64,000 nucleotides of DNA from the human T2T-CHM13v2.0 reference genome, Homo sapiens, in the NCBI RefSeq assembly GCF_009914755.1, contig NC_060929.1, one strand, 5' to 3'. Below, piece by piece: positions 39,730 to 55,976 of the stretch. The position numbers and the translations under genes are program-made. Every line of letters starts with the position of its first letter. The first letter of the stretch is position 1. The notes below the pieces were generated by a model. That model saw only the letters and a program-made list of their open reading frames with translations, was not told the origin of the DNA and made no database searches.

Positions 39730-41829
39730 CTGAAAGACAGACAGGCTTACTGCAGTAGTGCTGCATTCCGTGAATTCCTTTTAATGCAATTTGCTTATAT
39801 CACTTCTAGAATATATCACCATTCCAAATTCCATTTGCAATTATAATATGCTTTGAGTGTTTTAATGGTGCCAAAATATAAAGGAGAATAGAAATGAGCA
39901 TTTTGTTTTTTCATGCCAAATAAGCTAAACATGAGAGCGCTAGCTCCCTGAATCATAAGCAGGTTTTCAGTGTCCTTCTCCTTCTAAATTCATCATTGGA
40001 CAACCGTTAGCCTCAGCAGACGTGAATGAAACATGTTTTGCAAAATTAAGGCTACTTCTCACATGTAATGAAATCTCACTTTAAAAATTATAACAGTTTC
40101 TAAAGGAGAAACTCCAGTAAACACTAAAAATTTAAGTATAAGAGATGAAATAAAATTGTTTTCAAAGAACTTTATAAACCATAATGAATTAAATCACTAC
40201 TAAAATATATTAGCTTTGCTGAATATATAAATACATAAACTTTACAATCTACACCGAAACACAAAAACTGGATATTGTTAGCATGTATTAAGCATCAACT
40301 CCTAATTAAGCATTCTATTGCAAAGTTTAGCAGAATTCATATAAGGGGGGAGATAAATGCATGTGCCCAACATCAACATAACTTGAGTTTTTCCAATGCA
40401 CAAATTCTTCCGTGGTTAAACTGGTAAAGATCCCTAATGAGTTTGATTAAGGCTCAGTCACCACCTCTCTAAATACAGGAAATGTAAATCGCAGCCAACT
40501 ACAAGATCTTGTGGTGCAATGGCATCCCCTTTGCACCGCTATCCCCAGGAGAGCAGCAAAAGAGTTCTTCATCACAAAAAGTTTAAAAGTCTGGCCATAA
40601 TGAAACCAAAGGCTATGCCATGTACTAAACAGTACATTCATTTGGCCCATTGTAACAACTGCTAGGACTGCTACAGATAGCTTTGACCCTGATTATTGGT
40701 TGTGAAAATGCCACACACAAAGCCCATTTGTACCAAGACTCCAGATTACCTATGTCTTTGTGTTGCACATAGAAACGGCCTACATTTAAGGGATGACACC
40801 TTGCATGTATTATCAGTTGGGCTAACAAATCCTATATGTAAAAAGGGCGCATCGAAGATCATTCTGGTAAAATATTATCTTATTCTGCTGTTCATAGATT
40901 CCCAGTTATCCACTGTAAGTTATCTTTTGTAGCCACTTGGCTGCAGGCGTAATAGTATATAGTCTTTGTTGGGTTTTGGTTTTTTTTTTTTGAAAAGAAA
41001 CAAAACAAAAAGAGTGTATTTCAAGAGTCATATGAGGAAGTGTGCTCCTAGTTAAACAGCTGAAGCAGTCATCTGTGTGGGCTCCTTGTTCATATGACTG
41101 TAGGAACTATTTCTACAGTTTGCATTTCACTAAAATGATAAACTGACGTTCACTTGCCTGAGTGATCCAAGATGCAACAGAACAGCCTTTCACCCATCTG
41201 CATGTTAAAAAAACTTAATTTCCTGCTCTCAAAGCTGCCATAAAACTTCTTTTGCTCCACGCTTTTTATTGTTCTGCATTCTTGATCACAGAGCCCAGGA
41301 AAGAAAAGCATTTAACAGCCCCAAACCCCAGATACTGTGATTTATGCTTTTGTGTAAATGTAGCTTAATGTGGATCAAAGTTCACACTGATAGTTCTTAT
41401 TTTAAAACTGAGCTGACAAATGAACAAAGGGGTTCTGAGAGAGGAAATTTAAGGGGGGAAAAAAAACAATGCTACCTAGTAGTCTTTATTACAACTAAAA
41501 GACTGTCTGAGATTAGAATCACTTTCCAGAATTAAAAGTAAAGACCAAAGAAAATTATAAACCAGTGGTTTTTTTTTTGCATGCTTTCCAGCTTCTTAAT
41601 TTGTATAGTTAGTTGTAAACTGACTGCAATTCGATGTCACATGTATAAATTGAAAAGAAAAAATAGAACATTATTCTGAAAATATTCTTCACATCACCTG
41701 ATCAACAGCCTACATTAATACCAAGAGAACAAACGTAGCTTGAATAGGATGCATAGGAAAATGAAATAAAATTAGAGATGAGTCTTATAGCGTATCAGTT
41801 CTCTGATTTGGAGGTGAGAACACAATGGG

Positions 41830-41955
41830 GCAATGACAGTTATGGTGGCAAGACATACTAACACTAGGATTGGCGCCAACTCTGATATTAACTAGCTTAT
41901 GACCCTGGAGAGTCATTCAACCTCTCTGAGGCCCATTTTCCTCAACTAGAAAACA
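41830..41955 (+). mobile_element. MIR fragment
   Basis: actagcttatgaccctggagagtcattcaacctctctgaggcccattttcctca. Confidence 0.7.
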
Positions 41956-41962
41956 CATTCCT

Positions 41963-42275
41963 GGCCAGGTGTAGTGGCTCACACTTGTAATCCCAACATT
42001 GTGGGAGCTCCAAGAAGGAGTATCACTTCAGGCTGGGAGTTGGAGACCAGCCTGAGCAACACAGCAAGACCCCCATCCCTATAAAAAAGTATTTAAAAAT
42101 TAGCCAGGCATGGTGGCATGCGAGTAGTCCCAGATACTCGAGAGGCTGAGGTGGGAGGAACAACTGAGCCCAAGAATTCAAGGCAGCAGTGAGCTATGAT
42201 CATGCCATGGCGCTACAGCCTGGGCAACAAAGCAAGCCCCTGTCCCTTAAAAACAACAACAACAGCAACAACAAA
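41963..42275 (+). mobile_element. AluJ with (CAA)n tail
   Basis: Dimeric Alu with the gcagtgagctatgatcatgcca J-type arm. Confidence 0.93.
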
Positions 42276-43729
42276 TGCACTTTTCAGCCGCCTAATATTG
42301 ATGACATATCCTATCACAACAGCTTCTAGACTAAATCCTTATTTCAACATAACTCCATCTATAGATATATTTGCATGCAGAAACACACACACACCCCTCT
42401 CTCTCTCTCTCATATTTATGTAATTTCCAAGTTCAAATTTCTATGGAATCTGGATGCCTTGAGGGGAGAAGCCAGAGTACTCTGGGCCTACTTGTAAGTT
42501 AATTGTGTTTGTTACCATTAACACAATTCAAATGTAACATGAAAGTTGAACTGATATTTATAGCAAGAACTTTTGAGTCCAGTTCAACATGTTTTAAAAT
42601 GAGAAAGCTAAGGTTCAGAGAGTTTGACTATAAATATACACTTAATCATAAATAGCACTCCGATGTGATAATAGTCTTTAGACTATTTAAGGCTTTTAAG
42701 GCTTAAACCTGACAGTTACTATTGTTTTGAGGTTCACATCTTTGACTTGCACAAGTGAATTTCTTCGTTTCTTCACTGTAGTATCGGCTTCTCATGGTGG
42801 CTCAGAACTGCCACTCCCATAGGTACCAGACCAGCACTACCAGTGAGAGGAGAACCAAATGAGAGGAGAATCGCAGTTTCTCCCCATTCACTGTGAGATG
42901 TCGGGATTGGGGAGGAGGTGGAGCACAAAGTCTCCCCGTGTGGTCTACCATAGGCCCCTCTTCCTTAGAGGTCGCCAGCAAGAACAGGATTTGCAGGTGG
43001 GGATTACAGCCACTCCCAGAGGTGTTTTTATTTGGCAGGTATGTTACTTTTTAAAACATTCCAGTTCTTTTTAGCAACACTTTAATAAATTAGGAAAGAA
43101 TTTAAATTTCTCCTATTTCGTAAAATAATTATTGGATTATGTGCTCTCCTGGGCCCACATTCCTCATGGCATCAACTGACAGAACTGAGCTTCACTGCAG
43201 CCTTGCCACGTGACTTGCCCAACCAGAGAATGCTGGAGTTTGTGCTTCCACCCTCTGCCTGAAACAATCACAGAATGTCGCCTAGCCCAACCTACTCAGT
43301 CGAGAGAAAACTGTGGCCCATATTTGTACAAGTGTAATAAGCTGTCTCTAGTGGCAGCCTAGGTACACATAAAACGATGGCATCCCACAAGCAGAAAATT
43401 GACAGGAGTTCAACATACACTGGGAAACAGAAGAAGGGTGGAAGGGAAGTAATTCAAAGAGTGTGGCCAATTCTTTCTGCTAGGTAAGAATTTCCCCCCA
43501 AAAGGTTTCAGTTCTCTTGTGTATCTCAGTGTCAAACGTGAAGTCACATGTATCATATGTAAAGGAGGATTTTAAAGCATTTTCAGTAGTTATTTTTGCC
43601 TTATACAAAAGATCAACTCCACTGCACCCTGGTTTCTCAGGTCAGTGATCCATACACTGAACCATAATTTCTTCAGCCAATGAAGGTCATTAAGGCAGAG
43701 GGTGGCAACAGTTTCCACAAGGACTCCCT

Positions 43730-43995
43730 CCAGTGAGGAGGCAGCATACCAGGACTTGAACCTCTGGTTCTGTTAGCAGACAGAATTGGGTTCAAATGCT
43801 GACCCTGTCAGTACTTGCTGTGTGGAACCCTGAGCAAGTTACCGCGCTTCTCTTCTCTAAGACTCAGTGTCTAGTTCTAAGAAATGGGAGTAATAATAAC
43901 AATTACCCCCACAAGCGTTGCAGTGAAGACTCAGTGAGATAATCCGTGCAAAGTGAATGCTCAGCATAGTGCTTAGGTCAGTAAACACTGGCTTA
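43730..43995 (+). mobile_element. MIR SINE
   Basis: gggttcaaatgctgaccctgtcagtacttgctgtgtg...gagcaagttac...gaaatgggagtaataata. Confidence 0.75.
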
Positions 43996-44649
43996 AAAGT
44001 CCCTGGTCTGATATTATAGTTCCCTAACCCTGCACCCAACCTTCCAAAGCTCCTTTTTATATCCTACTATATTTAACATAAATCTATAATCCCCTCCAAA
44101 TGCATGGTTAAGTGCAATTAAAGTATGTTAAAAATACAAGAAAGGGGGCTTAACCTTGAGAAGCTCAGCCTGGGGAAATACTGCTTCTTTCATACACTGA
44201 CATCTGGCAGCAGTCAACTGGCTTAACCCACCTCCATTTTACAATTTTATGGCAATGATGGGATCACCATGAAGGCCCTGATGAGTCCCGTACTACTACA
44301 GAATCTCCTCCTCCTAATCTCTAGTTGCAGCTTTTTCTCATGCACTGCTGCCCTAACAGTCAGCTCACCTCAACTCTTATCACACATCCACCCAATAATT
44401 ACTACACACCTGCCATTTGCCAGGCACCGTGCAACCTGCTAGAACAAGAGTGGCCCAAACAGACCAGGTCCCTGCCCTTCTGGACTGACTGTGTAGTGGG
44501 CAAGACTGTGACACTGGTCAGATAATCATACAAATATAGCAAAATTACAAGGATAATTGTAGAACTACAACCAAAGGAACTTTCATGGTGGCCTGAGAGC
44601 AAAAAGTAGCGTGTTAATGGAAGACAGGGTGGGGCAGGGATCTGTCTTC

Positions 44650-44865
44650 ACTGGGGGTTGGAATCCAGCTCTACTGTTAGCTACAAAACCTTAAGCAAGT
44701 AGTTTGATCGCTCTGGGGAATCAGTGCCTTCATCTGTAAAACGGAAATAACATCTGGCTCATGTGACTACTACAGAAGATCATACAAATAACTTTAGCTC
44801 AGGGCCTGGTAGAAGGTAGCACTCAATAAACAGGGGCTATTGCTATTGTCAATATTAGTATCATT
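44650..44865 (+). mobile_element. MIR SINE
   Basis: gttggaatccagctctact...gcaagtagttt...catctgtaaaacgg...gtagcactcaataaa. Confidence 0.75.
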
Positions 44866-45229
44866 ATTACAAATATATCTGAGACCTGAAATCGATAGGT
44901 GGTTTGGCCCTATGGGACCAAATGCTAGTATTTGCTACATTCAAAGGCAATTCACAAGAGGCAACAACAAATCCCTTTCTGAGGGGAGAAACACTAATAT
45001 AGTTCTAATCAGATATTCCTCATTTAAAAATCAGTGGGGGATTATTAGTCTAATAATACTAACAACTGGAATAAAATATCAGAATAGAGAACTGGCCTGT
45101 TTTAGCAATGGTTTCTTTGTCAAAGCTCTTTTCTGTCATCTTGATAGGACACTGATGTAACCTATTAGAACCCAAAAAAAGAGGAAAGCAGGAAAGCAGC
45201 CATCTCCACTGGAAAAAAAAGACCCATAA

Positions 45230-45510
45230 GTCTAACAGCTGGTGGTGGCAGCCTGTCAAACCGAGGAAAGTTAATGTCAAGAACAGACGCGCGGCAGTCT
45301 CTCACTGTTATTTTTGCATGATTATTCCCAGGTGTTAGTGCATGCTGAGCAGTAGCCTGGCTATTTATCACGCGAGAGAGCCTAAGAGCATGGGAGGGGG
45401 AGCAGGGAGGCTGAAGGGAGGCAGGGAAGAAAAGGTTATTTACACAGAGAGCGGCACTTAGTGTGTGTAATCAGAGGGCTGGGTTGGGGGCGGGCAATCT
45501 GCAGGGAAAC
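45230..45510. promoter_or_regulatory. Candidate intronic enhancer or alternative promoter
   Basis: Non-repeat GC/CpG patch (cgcgcg 45288-45293, tcacgcgaga 45368-45377), GC box ggggcggg 45487-45494, forkhead tatttaca 45437-45444, two TGTCA sites. Confidence 0.45.
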
Positions 45511-46729
45511 CCTGGCAATATTTTCTCCGTTCACCTTCTTTCAAGGGCTTCCTGAGTGCTGATGGGCAAGGAAGGATCCAAAGCTGGAGTGTTGGTGGGG
45601 ACAGCTTTTCATCACTGGGGCATTTCACTGTGTTGGTCAGTGATGCTTTCAGTACCAGGAAACCGACAGCCAGTGAGGATAGGTGGCCAGGGTAGGGCTG
45701 GAGAGTGCTCCCTCGAGCACTCCTGCTCCACCCAGACCCAACAAAGAGACATTCAGGTGGCTCTGCTGCCAGGTAGAAGGAGAAGGCGAAACCCAGGACT
45801 GCCGAGAAGCAAGCCTCCAGAAGGCAGAGAGATTCCCTCCTTTACCTGGGATCAGGTCTAAACCCTGACAGGGAAGCTTGCCACAGCTTTCTCACGTCTA
45901 TTGCCAAAAATATCCACACCGATCCTGCTATTAACCCCTCAATCCCGGGATCACCAACAACCAGAGGGGGAATGGTGTTTTACTTTGCTCAGAGCCAATA
46001 TTGTTATAGTCTATGAGAATGCTGGGGCACGATTACTTAATGTTCACGTTTTCTCCATATCCTGGTATTGGGCTGTTTTATGAGATTGCCCATAGTCACC
46101 TCTTCATTTAAAAAGCATTAGAAAGAGACTCCACTACTACGTAGGGGAAATCACAGCTCTTTAGAGGCGACCACTGCTGCAGTCTCTTACTTTGCATTTT
46201 AACCACCCTTTTTCTGCCTGACGTCACTGCTTCTTTAGCAAAGCAGGGGAAGCTTTAAAAACCATTTCCTTAAATTAGGCACTGATCTTTTCTCCAGAAC
46301 TAATCATTGAGGCTGAATTTCCATCCCTAAAGGACAAACCTGTAACAACTGAATTTTGGTCACTTCTAATTCTGCCTTTTCGTAAATGTGATGGAGACAA
46401 CTCTTCCTTTCAGAACCATGATCAAAGCAATTTACGCTTTGCAGCTTGCTGAGAAAACAACATGGGCAAATTCTCACAAAGGGTCTAAGGTACCAGACTT
46501 TTTCCGCCTCCTTTAATTCTCACAACATTCCTGTTTTATAGAAGCAGAAACTGAAGATCTCAGAGGATGGGCCACTTTATCTAAGGAGCTGAAATTCAAG
46601 ACCAAAGCTCTCTGATCTTAAAGTCCATGGGCTTTCTCATAAAAATAGTAACATCAGCAGCTACTTTTTAACACATACAACATAGAGGAATTATAACTGT
46701 CTTACCACATATAGTGTAGGAGGGATTAT

Positions 46730-46895
46730 ACTGTGCATTCTCTCTTTTGATCTTTACAAAATTGTTAAGGGAAGTATTTTACAGATGAGGAAAAGGAAAC
46801 GTGGGAAAAGTTAAGTAACTTAAAAGGTCACTCAGGGTCGGTGGCTGAGCCAGAATTTGACCCCACATTGGTCTAACATCAAACGCAAACCCTTC
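46730..46895 (-). mobile_element. MIR fragment
   Basis: attttacagatgaggaaa...gttaagtaactt...gagccagaatttgacccc. Confidence 0.75.
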
Positions 46896-47368
46896 TAAAT
46901 GTAAAATAGAAGATGAGATGGAAAGAAATCTTTCTCCATGGGTAATTTCTGGCCCTTTTCTGTATGTTGGAAGCAATATACCTGAATCACCCTTTATTAC
47001 CCATAGTTCAGAATAGTGAATCTCAGGCTTGCAAGCAAATAATACAATCCCTTCAGAAACCTCACTTTAAAACCTTACTGAAACCAAAGCTCAGCTTTTG
47101 TTTTATTGTTGTTGTTTTAAATCATCCAATTCTAAAACTACCGTTATGCACAGACTGGGAATTATATTGCCATTTCCACTTTCTCATTATCAGGTATGAA
47201 GACCAACCCTGCCCTCAAGTGCTGTTCAGGCTTAGCAGCTGATCTGGTAGGACTTGGCCTGGGGATGGACCAGGGCTCTGGCCCCAAGGCCAGTGGGGCC
47301 AAGACGGATGCTTCCACCTCCAGCCAGAACCCCCACCATGCCAAAATTCCAGAATGCCAAAAATCCAA

Positions 47369-47828
<460 letters not shown>

Positions 47829-50104
47829 CTATTTTTAACTTCATTCTCTAGCCATGACAGTTTTCAAAGCAAAACAGAAGGTACTGAGTATGTAAAGATG
47901 GAATATAATTAAACTACTCTACTCAATGTCTTAAATTTCTTTTGTTATGAAGCCAAATTAAATTCCTCCCTCAAAGGCCTTGAACTGTGTAGAGTTCCAT
48001 AGCTAAGCGATATTGGTGGAGGCGGAGCAGACACAGGGACTCTTTTCTACCACACCACATCAGTTGTCACATACTTAGCCTCAGTTGTGTTCTTTGAAAA
48101 CCTGTCCTACTGCTGAGCCACAGATACTTAATCTGTTTCAAAAGTGCCGCTGACATCTTTCACTGCTCAGAGAGCTGTGTGTGCTTTAAATAGTGGCAGT
48201 AAATGATCAGTGTTTTCATATCTTGTTCATAAGAGTTCTCTGATTTCCTCTCATCCCATTTCCAAAGACACTTAAAGCACAAAAATAAGCCACAAAGAAA
48301 GGAGACCATCGTAAAGGCACTAAAAAAGCCTGTGTTCTTGGATTAATCCTTTGCACAAGGCCCTTTGTACAAAGCTGAATTCCTGAAAAGTTCCATGCAA
48401 ATTCCATTTCTATCAATTAGATCTTGTTCCCAATCCCTTAAAAGTGAAAGTTTTTAAAAAGAAAGTTCAGTGGTAAATTCTGGATGTTGCTAAACATGGT
48501 TGCGCCTACATTAGCCAATAAATCAATTTCAAAACACATGAATAATGCATGTATCTTAGTTGATATTGGTCATTGATAAATACATTGTCCTTGTGTGACC
48601 CTTATTTCTCCTTGAAATTAGGTTGAAATCAGGGAAAGGTTAGAAGTCTCTCATCCTTATGCTTCTGGATGCAGACATGATTTTAAGAAGAAAGAAAGGC
48701 AGGAAGAAAGGAAAGAAAAGCCCATTTTGGAAACCACCGTATTCCGATTTCTCTCAGCTTAACATCAGTCATTTTTCTTACCTTCTTTTAGGGAATCTCA
48801 CTTGCAACCACCTAAAAGGAGTATTTTCAACTAAAATTTTACACATTTGAATTACAAACTCAAAACATGCTGGTCATAACAAATTAAATGACAAGGAAGT
48901 GCCTGAGTCACACTGTATGGGAGCTATGTGGTGTATAAAGCTATGCGGTGAGCTGAGATCCATGTAAAGGGAAGGCCACAGAAGCACCCAAAGCATCGTG
49001 GGTCGGCTACAGAAGAAGACAATTTTGACTCCCTGTACAGGACACTATCTTGGTACCACTCACTTTCCTCCCTGCAAAATCTGAATATTGCTCACATATA
49101 TTCAACATATGTCCAAGAAGCTTCTTATGTATGTCTCCTGCCTCTTCTTTCCATACCTCCCAAATGTTGATCCAAAACACTGATCAATTTTAATAAATTA
49201 AGCAAAGTTTTGAAAATGTGATTTCATTCTGAATCACAGTTAAGCAACTGGGTAAAGCTCTCCATACTTTATCACAGAGATGGAATGGTTAGAGAGAACA
49301 TGACAAAGCTTCCCCATACACCATCTCTATACATGCATGTATATGGTATTTCCATCCATATGTAATACTTAGCTACATATCTATTGTCAAGGACTCTTTA
49401 AAGAAACATTCATTTTTACTACAGCTCTAGAGAAAGGCAAGGGTGGGTTTTCTCATCTGATTGTGTAAACTGAAGAAACTTAGTCTTAAGAGATAAGTTA
49501 CTTCTCAGGGTCAGGAGCAAAAACAAGAGGCCACAGCCTGTCCCAATGAGGTCTATCATGCCCCCTACCAAGTTCTAAACCATAAACCACTTTTAAAAGT
49601 TTCTTCTCACAGAGGCCTACACAAAAAAAAGCTGCTTGCTCACAGGTCCAGAATTCGGTTTCCCCACCTTGAGAACACAGCAGATTTTATTAATAAAAGT
49701 CAACAGATCACTCTCCAGAGAGAACCTCTCTTCTAACAGTTTCTTGTGTGTTCTTTCAGAAATTTTATACATATAGAAACATACAGAGGAAGAAGGAATC
49801 ACTTTTCATTTTATAGCCTTCTATGCTGCTTAAATTTTGACATGACCATATACTATTTTACCATTTTTTAAACTAACTTTTTAATGAAAAGATGCTAAGG
49901 CATTCCACTTTAGAGTAAAAGTAAAGCAGAGAGGAGAGGGTAGATGCTTGAAGACTATTATTTCAACTCCTCATGCAGAGGTCCTGAAATCCACAAGTGA
50001 GTCCAAGGTGGCATAAGGACCTAGTTTGTGTGACAGGAATCATGTATTAACCCCAGGCCCTCCCCTTTAGATGGGTTGCCGTTTAAGCCGCCTCACTGTT
50101 GGGG

Positions 50105-51125
<1,021 letters not shown>

Positions 51126-51805
51126 AGCCACGAGGAGACAGTGCCCACCCACCCTGTGGAGTTGGCCCAGGGTCCCTGCTTTCCCTCCAGCTACCAGAAG
51201 AACAAAGCGGCTGGCTTTTTAAAACCTGTAGATTCCTAATAATTCCCTTAATTTTACCCTAACAGCCACTGGCAGCCTCACAGTGTTGCCCCTACACCAA
51301 CCTGGAACCTTTTGTTTCAATTTAGGTGAAAAAATGACTCCACACCATGCTGCAAGTCACCTATTTTTCCATTAGATGACTCATGATCTTTGAGAAACCA
51401 GATCCCATCCCAAATGCCATGTCCCTTAATCTTTGTATGTCACTGATGGCCAAGATAATGAGCCCTTCATTTCAGGAAGCTAAATAACAAAAGTAATGGG
51501 GATCCTAAATAAGCTTTTTCAAACCTCTATCCCCACCCACCACCTGATTCGGGCCTTCCCAGCATGACGTCCAAGGCACATGCCCCTTAATCACCACTGG
51601 TCCCTGAACAGAGAGAAACTCTCTCTCCTTCCCTTCTCTCTTACTACTCTTCTATCTTTATGTTCACTAGTTCCCTAAGGTGGTTCCACCCTACAAATCC
51701 CATTTGAACATCTTCCCTTTCCAGTCTTAGAGCAATGAGCCTTTATGAGAAGGAATATCCAGGGCAAGTAACCCTGCTTAGGGATTTCTCAGTCCACAGT
51801 CTAGT

Positions 51806-52193
51806 TAAAAGGTCACCAAATGATGGCCCACGGTCCAAATCTGGCCCACTGTCTGTTTTCCTAAGGCCTGAAAGCTAAGAATGTTTTCTACAGATGAATT
51901 TTTGCAGTCAATGTAATGACAGCAAACATTAACTTTGAACACTTATTAAGTGGAATGTTATTCTCTCCCACAAAAAGAATTTCATACTTCTCATCAGTAG
52001 ATCTGTATTACCAAAAATTGTGCTCAATAATTGTCATTGGATTTTAAATTTTGTCAATTAAAAAATTCTGTGGAAATTTGTTTTCTCTCTTGTTATCCAA
52101 GTGCCTACATAATATCCGTGATGTTGCCTCTTGGCCTGCAAAGCCTAAAGTATTTACTATCAGCCATTTACAGAAAAAATTTGCCAATCCTTG
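51806..52193. mobile_element. MER58-type hAT-Charlie DNA transposon
   Basis: tggcccacggtccaaatctggccc...ggcctgcaaagcctaaagtatttactatc.gcc.tttacagaaaaaatttgccaatcc. Confidence 0.8.
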
Positions 52194-52969
52194 CTCTACT
52201 GAATTCAAGAGCTCATTTAGGTTCACTCTTGGACGTTAATATCTGTTGGTGGAGAGGGGGAGGGGAAGTTAACAGTATGTTGGAACAGGGCAGGAAGGAA
52301 GTGAAAAAGGAAGTAGGGAGTGGACAGAAGTGTAGGAGATTTTAAAAGTAAACATATAGATCCATCTCTGAATGAAAAATAATAATAAATGTACCTACTA
52401 CTACCTAACTCTCTTAAAAAAACCTAGGAGTCATAAACCAAAAGAGATATGAGGAGCCACATTCCAGTTCTAACTTAAGCAGTCATAACATAAAACATTA
52501 AATATTTATTGAACATCTTTTTATTATACCAGCCATTGTGCTGGGTGCTAATGACAACCAAGACAGACAAGATCCCTCCCTTCACGGAGCTGACAAAGAA
52601 GTAAACTTTTTTAAAAAAAACAACATTGTCAATCTATGATACGTCTCTATTCCCAAAAGAAGAAACAACCATCCTATGTAATTGCAATGTGTTTTTGGTA
52701 ACATTTTCAGTTTGAAAACCAGGATATTTTATCTTAATTGCCCCATAAGTGAATGAATTACATGAAAAAATCAAGTTCTCAAACACATTCTGTTGAGGAC
52801 TAGAAATGAAACAAGCCCTCCTAGAAACTTGGAGTTCTTTCATCCAGAAGTCTAGTCATGGATGCACAACTAAGACCATCAGTCCCAGAAGCTACTTCTC
52901 ACAGAGGATGACAGGTCAATGTCACACATCACATGTCTCACTAATGCTTTTGAACTGGGTAATATAGTG

Positions 52970-53202
52970 TAATAAATAGGAGTGTGGTCTCTGTGCTTCA
53001 ATCTCAGATCATTTACTTACTAGTATAATCTTGAAAATTTACTTAACCTTTCTAAGCCTCAATTTCCTCACCTATAAAGTGGAGATTATAGTATTACCTA
53101 ATTGTATTTAATGTAATAGACATATCAAACAAGAGATCCTACATAAAGCCCGTCGTAGTATCTCTATCATATAAGTGCTCAACAAATGTTAGTTATTATT
53201 GT
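52970..53202 (+). mobile_element. MIR SINE
   Basis: ttacttaacctttctaagcctcaatttcctcacctataaagtggagat...aagtgctcaacaaatgttagttattatt. Confidence 0.85.
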
Positions 53203-53526
53203 CCTTGCCAATACCAATCTCAGTAACACATGTTCATAGGGCTTGCTTAATTTGTCACATGGCTAAACCAACACATTAAAAACATACTGCTGTAGTCTCT
53301 GAAAACCAGATGACAGTTTTCAAATTAAATGAAACACTTCAAAATACCTGGGGATGAATTTATAATTGAATATTTAAGGTTCTTTAGAACCAACTACATA
53401 GTAAGATTTTATTTGGAGGTAACAGTGATTTTTCTTCTTCTAAAAGCTGACATCCTAGGAGAAATCCCAGCCTAAGAATGAGATCAGGATCTTCTGCTTC
53501 TAGTGTTAACATCCATAAGAATTAAG

Positions 53527-53653
53527 AATGCTTGCTTCAGCTATTTCATAGGGGTACTTCAAGAATCAAATGAAATGGACTCTATGAAAATGCTTCCTCA
53601 GCTATTTTATAGGGGTACTTCAAGAATTAAATGAAACAACCTCTATGAAAATG
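53527..53653. repeat. Two-copy tandem duplication (61-62-bp unit) within a MIR-like fragment
   Basis: aatgctt...tcagctatttcataggggtacttcaagaatcaaatgaaa...ctctatgaa occurs twice. Confidence 0.9.
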
Positions 53654-54340
53654 GTCTCAAAAGAATGCCCAAATGTAAATAAAAATAAATGTTATTAACC
53701 ATTTATTCTTGCACAGTTACCAAGTCAGCTCATTTACTCTTTAACACACAAAAAAAAATGATGCCACAAAGAAATGAAGGATAGCAGGGGTGGTAAACAG
53801 GATCACGCTCTCTTGGCATCACGTTTCCAGAATATTTATTATTTATTTTTACAAATGTGTCTAATATCCAAGTACAAGCACCCCACGGGTGACAGAGCTT
53901 GCCATATCTGCAGCAAAATAATTATTTCTATTATGCACTCCCTTAACCATTAAAATAATTTCTAGCTAGTTGACAAACACCTGCAATATAGTTTTAGCAT
54001 TATCTAGACTACATTTAAATCAAGTTGATTTGAATCATGATTTAAATCAGTCAAGAAAAACTATTATCTTCTAAAATTAAAAAATGCATGCTTATTTTTT
54101 GCCATAATGGTAATATACACACTTCATAAAGCTCATAGATACATGTACGTATACTGCTTTTAAACAGAAAATATTATTTTTAAGTGGTGTAAAAAATCTT
54201 TTCAAATGTTATCATTATTTTTATTTTTAATATTACCAACCAGCCCTTACTTATGCATACATATCTTACGTAATGAAAACCATACTCCATAACTTTTAAT
54301 GCATTTTTCTCATATTTTATAGCTGCATTACTCTAATATA

Positions 54341-54671
<331 letters not shown>

Positions 54672-55279
54672 TTACGTATCAAAACTAAATGAAGCATCTA
54701 TTTAAATCACTGAATGGCTATCTTCTCTAAGTTAATCATGGGTATTTTTCCATAGCACATTAAAATCTAATAACCATAACCAAAACAACTTAAATTTAAA
54801 TTGTTTCATTTAATAAAAAAAAAAAGAGGGGATTTCCTTCAACCACAAGTCATTTAAATAAGCAGCTTAGTTAAGCACCTTTGTTCATCAATGTTAATAC
54901 TTATCAATAAACATTTATTCCCTGACTATAGTGCTTATTTTAATTACAGCCCTAAAATATACTAGGAAAAAGTAGTGCTCATGTCAAAGCCACTCTTAGG
55001 AAGTTGGGAAATAAACTTGCCACCTAGATTTAAGGTCTAAAAGTACTGGATATAAAAGGAAGTACTCAGTTAAATCTTACATGACTTTTGTTTTGGTGGA
55101 GTGGGGTAGGGTAGGATAGGTGAAATTTTTTCAGGTAGCTTTAGTGTTAAGTGCATTCTCCTGCATTCTTGCATTCTAGAGCTCTAATAACTCTTTAAAC
55201 TTTAATAAGTTATTATTAGCCCCACTCCCAATCTTGGTCACAGAACATAATTTTATTCTGAGTAAAAGTTGTACATTTT

Positions 55280-55570
<291 letters not shown>

Positions 55571-55662
55571 TAAATTTTGATTAAATATTTACCCTCTGAC
55601 ACATTTTAAAATTATATAAACTTCTCTTAAAAGAAATGTGATTTTTAAAATTCATTTTTGCT

Positions 55663-55976
<314 letters not shown>

